A stretch of DNA of 64,000 nt, taken from NCBI GenBank assembly GCA_951406725.2, contig OX597822.1, forward strand, positions 95,108,001 to 95,172,000, read 5' to 3'. Below, in pieces: positions 53,905 to 64,000 of the stretch. The notes beneath the pieces were generated by a model. The model saw only the letters and a list, made by a program, of their open reading frames with translations. It did no database searches and was not told the DNA's origin. The stretch's first letter is position 1; the number at the start of each line of letters is the position of its first letter. This DNA comes from Octopus vulgaris. Lineage: Eukaryota. The translations under genes were made by a program, and so were the position numbers.

Positions 53905-54152
53905 CATCCATCCATCCATCCATCCATACATACATACATACATACATACATAAATACATACATGCATACATACATACATACATACATACATACATACATA
54001 CATAAATACATGTATACATACATACATACGTAAATACATACATACATACATACATACATACATACGTACATGCATACATACATACATACATACGTACATG
54101 CATACATACACACACATACATACACGCGTGCGCAAACACATACACACACATA
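53563..54152. repeat. Compound (CA)n/(TCCA)n/(TACA)n microsatellite
   Basis: Direct inspection. Confidence 0.95.
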
Positions 54153-54304
54153 TATAAAGGTTTGTATGAGGAGTTATGTATAAAAAATAATTTTACATTA
54201 AACAGAATTAGTTCATAAGTTTTAGTAGAGTACATATTTTTTCTTTGTCATTAATTTGTACACCCCCACACGCAGACACACACACTTAATGCATATGTAT
54301 ATGT

Positions 54305-54682
54305 GGATCTTTTCGGTTTGACAGCAGTTGTTTCTAGCGGTGTCATATGAAATTGTCACCCATAATTATGACCCTAGAATCGATCTATTGCATTTCAATA
54401 TCTTTTAGGGTTAGAGGTGGGGGAAGGGTATCTTTTTTTCTTCACAAATGAAAATAAACCCAATCTGTTTTTGTTTTAAACGGGGGACATATTCATACGG
54501 CACAGAATGCTTTTTAACTCAATATACGTCACTGATTGGTTGAAATTGCAGAAATTGAAGAAAAAACAACAAATATCTTACAAACTCTAAAATTTTCTCA
54601 ATAAAGCCAGTATACGAAGTTTAAAATTTTTTAGTTACCTAGAAATTATGTTAAAAACTGCCGTTCAAACCGAAAAGATCCG
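54305..54682. mobile_element. MITE, ~380 bp
   Basis: TIRs GGATCTTTTCGGTTTGACAGCAGTT / AACTGCCGTTCAAACCGAAAAGATCC in TA-rich flanks. Confidence 0.85.
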
Positions 54683-54744
54683 TATATGCATATACGCATC
54701 TATTATTTAAGTATGCATACACACGCGCACTCCTACCATATAAC

Positions 54745-55700
54745 AAGCATCAAATTTCTTTTTGGCATACTGCTAAAACAGTTATACAATTGTTTGAATC
54801 TATCCATAGAAAGAGACATTGCAAGTGCGTATAGTTCGACATGCATCACTAAATCTTTACTTGTGGGCCCTCTGAATCATGCAAGAACCATAAACGAGAA
54901 TCCAATTGAAATTTCATAAATTTGAACAGATTTCTATTTTAATCATATCATAAACAAAATGAAACACTTAACTATATAAGGAAGCCACAGAAATTGGATT
55001 CATTGTAAAAATAAAATATATCAAAGAAGTGCAAGATTTACGACCAAAACTTTTTAAAATGAGCAAACGAAATATGAAATGGTTTCATATTTTTTTTAAT
55101 ATTAAAATCAAAACGCTCATACGGAACATAATTTTAAAATTATTAGGAAAAAATTTCCCTCCAGTGCATAAATATTAACACATTGCCAACGAAAACATTA
55201 TCGAAGATTTATAATTCCCCTTGAAATTTTCTGATATCTTCGCCACTTGTAATATCCATAAACTTAACACATTAGCTGTTAATAAAACCAAAACCGATTG
55301 TAACTTTAATTGTAAAACAACAATACCAACTTAATTTAGCAAAATTTTACGGCAAGTGACATTGTCAACCTAAGCACAATAAAAAGAGCAATGCTGAGCA
55401 AATATAGATCGGGCACACAATAAATACTTTCAAAACACGTTATAACCAAAATGCGTATACATTCCATAACATTAACACGGTTATGGACACTTTATCATTC
55501 ACCAATATATGGAAACTAAAATAACATGTATCAACATACAGTACAAAATGGAATATAATAATGAAAGCTATGACATGGAACAGTAATAAAACTATGTAAT
55601 CTTTATAGAACCAAAACTTATGATATCATAAATGCAAAGAAAACTTTGATAAGCAAATGTTCACAAAGAATATCCGCGTATAACCGATTCATTAAAAATA
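54745..55700 (+). mobile_element. Decayed Penelope-like element (RT fragment and GIY-YIG endonuclease)
   Basis: WHTAKTVIQLFESI..FD, KRNMKWF..KNFPPVHKY, I*IGHTINTFKTRYNQ..IWKLK..KWNII. Confidence 0.65.
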
Positions 55701-56971
55701 TACAAAACCATTTCAACGCTATAAGCCCTTTATATATGAAAATAGATAACAATTTTTTTTTAAAGTATACTGTCCTACTATCCAATTTTTCACATTGAAA
55801 AGTTCCAGTTTCTCGTAGAAAACTGAATATTCTACCATACCACTTCCTACAAACATTTACTTATGTTTATATTTTTTGTTTTTACTTTCTTATGCTTTAC
55901 TTTTTTTATATCTCATTATTATCTCGTTTACGTCTCATCATAGTCTTACCGTATCATGTTAAATTTTAATTGAATTTATTATTTTTTTAGTTTTTTAAAT
56001 AATGTTTATGTAAATACCATTTCTGTAAAGAAGATTTCAATGGAAATATGTTATACATAGACAGACAGCATTTTTACATGCGCACACATGCGTGTCTGAA
56101 TATATGTGATAGTAGGGAACTTAAACATTAATGCATGGGGCAGTGTATATATATATATATGTGTGTATGCGCAAGCTTGTGTGTTAGGGAGTGTGTGCGT
56201 TTATATATGTATGCACACGTGTGGTAACTGGGCAATGTTGATTCAGCAAATTCAACTGTAGATTAGATTTTTATTTTCCCGTATTCTTAAATGAACATAG
56301 ATTACAAAATGAGATAATACTTTTCATGTAATTCTGAATATGGGAGCTGCGGCCTTTTCGCAAAGTCCAGTTCAATATTTACTATCACATCTTACAGTGA
56401 TAAACGTGTCTTTGTCCTTTTTACAAATATGGTAAATGTTAGCTGTTCTATCAAACATTTGGAATAAATTTTCAAAGTGTAATGTAATATTGTAGTTACT
56501 GATGCTCTTAATGTTACTTTTAAGAAATTCTAATCTACCCCGTGTGAGTATATCTAGGGTATGGGAGTAGCCAATGAAATGAAATTGTCAATTGGCGTTT
56601 CTAACCGCGGCTATGTTATCCTTATTGCCAGATATTTTGTCCCGTGGTTTAAGCTGCTACAGATGTTGATCTCTCACGGAAGAGCAAGGCCACACATTGT
56701 TACAGGGTATTCAGCCGTTAAATCAACCTTGGTACTTTATTTTATCGTCTCCGGAAGTAATAAAGGTAAAATTGATTTAGGCATGATTGGGATTCAACAA
56801 AAAAGGGTGCCTTACAACCGCAAATAATTTTATCCGAGGCTTTAATAAGTCTGTCCTTTCTTCAATTATACAATAACTGCTTTAACCTGATGGATAATGC
56901 AGTCGTCTGGCAATCAATACATAAGGGGTTTGAGACCCGACAGTCTAATGTAGGGTCTCTGTTGGCCAATA

Positions 56972-57518
56972 CGGAATTTGAACTCAGAACGTAAAGACGG
57001 ATGAAATACCTATTTCTTTACTACCCACAAGGGGCTAAACACAAAGAGGACAAACAAGGACAGACAAACGGATTAAGTCGATTATATCGACCCCCTGTGC
57101 GTAACTGGTACTTATTTAATCGACCCCGAAAGGATGAAAGGCCAAGTCGACCTCGGCGGAATTTGAACTCAGAACGTAGCGGCAGACGAAATACCTATTT
57201 CTTTATTACCCACAAGGGGCTGAAATTTAGAGAGGGAGAGAAACATAGAGAGGGAGAAACAAGAGACAGAGAGAGAGAGAGAAGAGAGCGAGAGCTAGTC
57301 GATTACACAGATTTCAGTGTTCAACTGGCACTATTTCCTCGACCCCGAAAGGATGAAAGGCAAAGCCAACCTCGGCGGAATTTGAACTCAGAACGTAAAG
57401 ATGGACGAAATACCTATTTCTTTACTACCCACAAGGGGCTAAACACAAAGAGGCCAGCGGCAGACGAAATACCGCTAAGCATTTCGCCCGGCGTGCTAAC
57501 GATTCTGCCAGCTCTCCG
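56972..57518 (-). mobile_element. Tandem/nested cluster of SINE C units
   Basis: Junction GAAATACCTATTTCTTTA(C/T)TACCCACAAGGGGCT recurs at ~57003, ~57188 and ~57407; only one head (57460-57518). Confidence 0.88.
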
Positions 57519-57900
57519 TCGTATTTGTGCTTTTAAAATTATTATTGAAAAGTAGTCAAAAGTCTGTTGTGTGACTAGACAGAAATTCTCTCACGAACTC
57601 GGTGAGACTTTATAAAGTTATCGATCAAAAACATGTAAGTATACTTAATGAAGAAGTTATCGAAAATCGTATCTTGGTAAATCCTAGCTTAAAGGAGAAT
57701 TCCTAGGGGCTCTGATACGGTCACTTGCTCATGGATCAATTGTCTGGTAGTATCGACCTCCTCCCAACTAATTTCCTCCAATTTCACAAAATACAGCAAT
57801 AATGCAAATAAGGATTCAGGTGTATGACTAGCTTCCGTTAGCTTTTTTTCTCCCGCTAGCCTAACTTCACAGCAAGATTGAATATATAGCGATGGATAAG

Positions 57901-57981
<81 letters not shown>

Positions 57982-58119
57982 GAATATATATATATATATA
58001 TATATATAATTCCACTCGTATATAATTCCACTCGTATATAATTCCACTCGTGCGGTACCCCACAACTCAACTTTGTTATATATATTTATATATATATATT
58101 TAATATATATATATATATG

Positions 58120-58211
<92 letters not shown>

Positions 58212-58619
58212 ATGTGCACGCATTCCTAAGCAATGTTGTATTGATACTCTAATATTCACAGTCCTCAATAATGTACACTTGTAGAAATGTCACAAACGTG
58301 GCAAAATGTGATTTCTTGTCTATTTAAGACCTTAATATTGACGTTCATTCGATATATAATCTAACCACAGTTTTTGAGTATTATACTATGTGCGACACAA
58401 TGTCAGTTTAATCGAACCATTTACCTTAGATTACATCGTTAGTCAAACGGTATCTCGCTTTCTTTATCCATTCAGTTCAGTTCAATGTCATTAAATACAA
58501 ATTCTATGAACGATGCACTTCGGTCGCTCAGTTTTCAGTTACAAGAATCAGTATCACGCAGTAATGATTTGCTATGATTAGAATTATGACAAATTATTTT
58601 TTAAAGAAATAATAACCAC

Positions 58620-58620
58620 G

Positions 58621-58680
<60 letters not shown>

Positions 58681-58740
58681 GTTATTATTGTTATTATTAT
58701 TATTATTATTGTTATTGTTATTATTATTATTATTATTATT

Positions 58741-58839
<99 letters not shown>

Positions 58840-58845
58840 TATTTT
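58620..58845. repeat. (ATT)n/(ATC)n microsatellite
   Basis: Direct inspection. Confidence 0.95.
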
Positions 58846-59347
58846 TTTTTTTTCATTATTATAATTATTATCATTTTGTGGCCATATGAAATCTTCCCAG
58901 AGCATTCTTTGTGTTATTCCTTAAATAATTCAAATAATAAAAAGGAATCCACTTTGGCAGGTACTATACTCCTTTGACTATACTCCCGGAAGACTGAAAA
59001 GCCGAAAACACAAAATCATGTGGCTGCCCGCTTTTGCATCTTTTAGGGATATAGTCAAACAAAATCGTGTCCGCTAAAGCATACTCGCGTAATCAAAGAG
59101 TTAAGACATGTCTACGCGTTGCATGTGGCCTAAAAGTTCTCTAACGTTTCCACAATACTAGTTATGTAAACGGGGCAATGGAGACTGGTGACGGAATCCA
59201 AAGTAGATGGTTCAATTACTTGAGAATGTACCACAGGAACTGCTATACTAAAAAAAACAAAGGTAACATTATTTATCAAACTAACATTAATGTCCATATT
59301 CTTAAATAGACAAGAAATAGCTATCTACCACGTTTATTTCTTTCCCA

Positions 59348-59579
59348 AGGCGGCGAGCTGGCAGAAACGTTAGCACGCCGGGCGAAATGCTTAGCGGTAT
59401 TTCGTCTGCCGTTACGTTGTGAGTTCAAATTCCGCCGAGGTCGACTTTGCCTTTCATCCTTTCGGGGTCGATAAATTAAGTACCAGTTAGGCACTGGGGT
59501 CGATGTAATCGACTTAATACCTATGTCTGTCCTTGTTTGTCCCCTCTGTGTTTAGCCCCTTGTGGGTAATAAAGAAATA
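59348..59579 (+). mobile_element. SINE family C, full length, TSD TATTTCTTTCCC; central domain resembles the MetaSINE core
   Basis: GCCTTTCATCCTTTCGGGGTCGATAAATTAAGTACC (Meta-core assignment is from memory); identical flanks. Confidence 0.93.
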
Positions 59580-60871
59580 TATTTCTTTCCCAAGTTCATC
59601 TGCGACGGAAGCGACCAGAAGTGAATTTAGCATGGAACTGAAGTCCATCCACGGATTCTGCCTTAAACCTACCTTAGCATAAAGTTATCTATAATGAATA
59701 ATAATAATTCTTACACATTTAACATGCTTTTTCTTTCACAGGAGTCAGAGCAAAGGTGTTCTCGTCGCGATTCCTCTCAAAAACCTTTCTGTGAATTGTG
59801 CTGACACTATTTCTAGTTTTTCAATTATCTTCAAAATATCTGAACGCTTCATTTTCTCTGCGTCATAAATTTAATATTTTATCGTTTCCAACGGAACTGT
59901 GATATTTTTTTAACGATGTTCATTTTCCTCTCACGCTTACACACATTTCCTCTATTAAATTTGCTGAGACGAATTAATCACTTGAAATTAACAATATACC
60001 AATTACCTCTTATTCAAATAGATTTCAAATATCAGTTAATTGGTTTTTAACTTATAGTGTCTCCTCTCCTATCATCAACTGGCTACGCACTGTGCCTGAA
60101 TTTACACCAACACCTGCGCATACATAGTGCGCTTTGCATCATTAAAGTTGTTCAGAGGCCAGATCCTTACACCGCCTACATAATTAAAGTCTTGGGTTTG
60201 CGCAGCTAGCATCAAGCCACACAGTTTCTGCTCTACATGTGGAATTACCCCTCAGGTATTCAGACATATCAACAGAACTCTCAGTAAACATATTACTCAC
60301 AGTAAATGACCGGGTGTTAAATTTTTATGTAGTCGTTGGATACGCTTGAAATACTAGCCAAATCACGTATAAATCGCATCCTATCATCTCAAAAGAGACA
60401 TGCTAGATAATCACCTCTCCCCACAAAAGAATCGGGTAAAAACTACAATGTCTTTGATCATAGACTGACTTGAGGCTAGACAACAACCACCACAACAAAA
60501 TAAAGGCGCCGACAATAACAACAATAATGGGTCTTACTCCAAATGCAGTGAGGCCTTGTAGGATAAAACAATTATACTTTCCTACATATACCTTAATACA
60601 GAGTCCGGGTCGAACGTTTCCTGGTAGGAAAGCGGTCGACACTTCAGCTATCATTAGATTTTGTAGTTGTTAATACTGCAGTGACTAAAGTCTTTTTTTT
60701 ATTGTTGCTATTAGAATTACAGATATAAATATTGCAGCATTTCTCCTTTCTTTTTGCGATATGAGTTCAAGACCTGTTGAAGCCGCCTTTGTCTTTCTTC
60801 TCCCTGGTCGAATATTGGGGTCGACAGTATCAACTAACCCTTCTCTTCCAAACTTTTGACTTTCTGCCTAA

Positions 60872-60872
60872 A

Positions 60873-60953
<81 letters not shown>

Positions 60954-61062
60954 CTGTCCTTTCTGCTATAGGCAGAAAGCCTGGAAGTTTTGGGGAAAAG
61001 GCTAGCCGATTACAATAACTCCAGTGCTTGACGGGCACTTATTTTATCGATCCTGAAAGGAT
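60872..61062 (-). mobile_element. Old SINE C variant tail with adjoining (CAG)n(CAA)n tract
   Basis: CCTTTCTGCTATAGGCA..AGCCTG..ATCGATCCTGAAAGGAT is homologous to 4036-4140. Confidence 0.65.
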
Positions 61063-61932
61063 CTGTCAAGGATACTGCCCACTCTCGCCCCTTCTGTACG
61101 TGCTGGATCTCAAGCCGTTGCTACGAAACTGGGTGCTTCGAGGGTTATTCCGCGTGAACGAGGATCCGGAAGATTCGTGTCAGCTTATGCGGATGACATC
61201 ACCGTAATAATGCCAGCCATCTCGTTAATCGAGGTGATAAGCTCTGCCCTAAGGTAATACGAAGCGGTTACAGGAGTAAAGATTAACTCGTAAAAGTCGG
61301 TGGGCCTGCAACTCGGCACCCGGAGAGGTAGGTCCATGTCACCTGAAAGCGTCGTCGGACGCTGGATGGAACAACTGGTTAAGTTACTCGGAGTCTGGTT
61401 TGGTCCGGGCCTCCAAGTGGACAAGAATTGTGGACGAGCAGGGTGGCCAGTCTCACCCAGAAATGGGGCGAGATGAGGCTATCTCTGAAAGGTCAGGTGG
61501 AGGTGGCGAATGCGTACATCACTTTAATCATCTTACTATCTATTTCTTTACTACCCATAAGGGTTAAACATAGAGGGGACAAACAAGGACAGACAAACGT
61601 ATTAAGTCGATTATATCGACCCCAATACGTAACTGGTACTTAATTTATCGACCCCGAAAGGATGAAAGGCAAAGTCGACCTCGGCGGAATTTGAACTCAC
61701 AAAGTAGCGACGGGCGAAATACCGCGAAGCACTTCGCCCGGCGTGCTAACGTTTCTACCAGTTCGCCGCTTTCATCATCTTACTACCGCCTGACTGTCGT
61801 CCTTTAACCTGCTTCGTTGCTGATCAAGCTGGAGCACTTACTTTTCTGCTTTTAGTAGAAGGGATAAGTTCTGCTTGCCTGATCGTCAATTTACTGTCAG
61901 CGGCCACTGCGAGGTGGGGCTGGGCATGCTAA
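61062..61932 (+). mobile_element. L1/Tx1-like LINE reverse-transcriptase remnant, interrupted by SINE C (61541-61771, minus, TSD ATCATCTTACTA)
   Basis: CPLSPLLYVL, SAYADDITV, YEAVTGVKIN, KLLGVWFGP, RLSLKGQVEVAN, GGAGH/GLGM region. Confidence 0.88.
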
Positions 61933-62564
61933 AATTTGAAACCATTAATATCATTATTATTCATTTTTCTATAGCCCACCGAGTGCCGCTTACTGTGCAG
62001 TATTCACCTCTGGTATTTTGTGTATGTTGTGCATATATGCATGTTCTGGGGCTTTGATTATATGTTTTTACATTATTTCCACGATACTTATTGCTACTGC
62101 TTATTGTTGCAGCTTTCTCATTATCTCTATTTTCAGATTTTTGTATATGTGGATAATGTCTTTATTTCTCTTAGAGATATTTTATCACCTGGAGGTGGGG
62201 AACTGATACTTTGATTACGAGGTACATTCCTTCTATTTTTTCATACCTGGTGCTTCATGATATCGAGTTAATTAACATTGATGCAATTCTTGACAGTTCA
62301 TATTAACATTTGGTTTATGTTTAAACTACACCTTTCATATTTCTATTTTATAATACTGGTATAATTTTAAGTTTAGGTTATTACTGTAGCTAGATAAATC
62401 AGAAAGGAAACAGAAAGTGGCAACGTGGTTAATTGTTTTTCTTCTCTACCTCCTGCTGAAGTTTATGGTTTTAGTGATTAATGGTTTTAAAATCAACAAT
62501 ATTTTAACCTCAGCATTGAACATTGTATTTTTCAGATAGTACAACGATTTCTTTTTGATTACTT

Positions 62565-62786
62565 CCAGCTCGTTTAAAACTAAACTGGATCTCTTCTTGT
62601 CGGGGGTCCCAGATGAACCTACCTCTCGGCAGGAGACACAGATGCGGGCAGCGGCATCGAACTCCCTTGTTGACCAAGTGCCACGTATCAGAGGTGGATT
62701 CACATACTAGTGTAGCTCATTCGACGGTGGTGCCCCAGCATGGCCGCAGCCTTCGGGCTGAAGCATTTTTAAGGATTTAAGGATTC
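62565..62786 (+). mobile_element. CR1-like LINE 3' end
   Basis: FKTKLDLFLSGVPDEPTSRQETQMRAAASNSLVDQV, then GGTGGTGCCCCAGCATGGCCGCAGC..GCTGAAGC and repeated TTTAAGGA tail. Confidence 0.8.
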
Positions 62787-62826
62787 TAGTCGAGAATATT
62801 ATAACTAACGATACGATATGGATGGA

Positions 62827-63212
62827 TGGAAGCACTCCGTCGGTTACGACGATGAAGTTTCCGGTTGATCCGAATCAACGGAACAGCCTGCTCGTGAAAT
62901 TAACGTGTATGTGGCTGAGCACTCCACAGACACGTGTACCCTTAACGTAGTTCTCGGGGATATTCAGCGGGACACAGAGAGTGACAAGGCTGGCCCCTTT
63001 GAAATACAGGTACAACAGAAACAGGAAGTAAGAGTGAGAGAAAGTTGTGGTGAATGAATACAGCAAGGATCACCACCATCCCCTGCCGGAGCCTCGTGGA
63101 GCTTTAGGTGTTTTCGCTCAATAAACACTCACAACGCCCGGTCTGGGAATCGAAACCGCGATCCTATGACCGCGAGTCCGCTGCCCTAACCACTGGGCCA
63201 TTGCACCTCCAC
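62827..63212 (-). mobile_element. SINE family B, full length
   Basis: Reverse complement of 16132-16514; (TCCA)n tail. Confidence 0.95.
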
Positions 63213-63479
63213 CATTATAACTTAACATACTACAGAAAGCTAGAGGGTTAATGTCGATTGCCTTATCTTTTGCATCTAACTCAATTTTAACAATTGATAT
63301 AATTTTCTATGATATTCTTTCTTAATATTTTCTTTCATTTATGTGTTGTACTCTGAGTAGTGCATTGATTCCCAAGTATTTACCTGTCTGTAATTACTCT
63401 TATTATTTGATCTCAGTTTTTTTTCTTTTATAACTGGTTATTAGTGTTCTTAGTTAATTTTCATCCCACCAAGGTTAGC

Positions 63480-63509
63480 TTGGTGAATAGTTCTAATTCA
63501 AATCTCCTA

Positions 63510-63580
<71 letters not shown>

Positions 63581-63740
63581 ATTATTATTTTTATTATTAT
63601 TATTATTATATATAAAGGCCACTAGGGCAACAGTACTGGGTATTAATAGTTGACGCCAAGCTAACATACATACCCCAGCATGGCCAAATCCTCAAGGCTG
63701 AAGCATATAAATGAATAAAAGAATATATACATACATACAT

Positions 63741-63819
<79 letters not shown>

Positions 63820-63868
63820 CATACATACATACATACATACATACATACATACATACATACAAACATAT

Positions 63869-63963
<95 letters not shown>

Positions 63964-64000
63964 ATAATGTATGACAGACTTCTTTCAGTTTCCGTCAACC
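63480..64000. repeat. Compound microsatellites with a short LINE tail (63672-63720) and part of a minus-strand SINE A (63974-64000)
   Basis: CCCCAGCATGGCC..GCTGAAGC; CTTCTTTCAGTTTCCGTC. Confidence 0.8.

Noticed and set aside
58008-58078. Three 16-bp tandem units plus a small hairpin, suggestive of a Helitron end
   Set aside because: No CTAG terminus and no second copy in the window.
59090-59104. piggyBac-like ends AAAGAGTTAA here and AGAGGGTTAA near 63250
   Set aside because: No matching opposite TIR was found.
60595-60652. Hairpin GTCGA..TTTCCT-GGT-AGGAAA..TCGAC with CTGAAG on the minus strand
   Set aside because: The GAAA box is missing and there is a single copy; it cannot be called a ribozyme or a terminator.

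Overview
This is AT-rich eukaryotic non-coding DNA saturated with microsatellites ((TA)n, (TACA)n, (AAT)n, (CA)n, (TC)n) and transposable elements. The repeat content resembles an Octopus genome (inference from recalled SINE and microsatellite patterns; no database search was run). No intact host protein-coding gene is supported, and nearly all listed ORFs are microsatellite or SINE artefacts. Identified by eye: several tRNA-derived SINE families (labelled A, B, C, D here) with swapped 3' tails, and a (TATG)n-tailed RTE-like non-autonomous element (E). There are decayed RLE-endonuclease LINEs (R4/Dong-like) in microsatellites and fragments of CR1-like, L1/Tx1-like and Penelope-like elements. 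Also present are an internally inverted Gypsy remnant with LTR and PPT, mariner/Tc1 and hAT remnants, and MITEs. The main hidden signal is about ten minimal hammerhead-ribozyme-like motifs from several unrelated families, many with variant cores. They sit in (TA)n tracts and often in long fold-back palindromes, consistent with Penelope-type pseudo-LTR relics. Other oddities are an isolated ~75% GC island (8932-9195), a 26-bp CRE-like minisatellite, and a templated insertion flanked by an 84-bp duplication. Coordinates were read by eye and may be off by a few bases.
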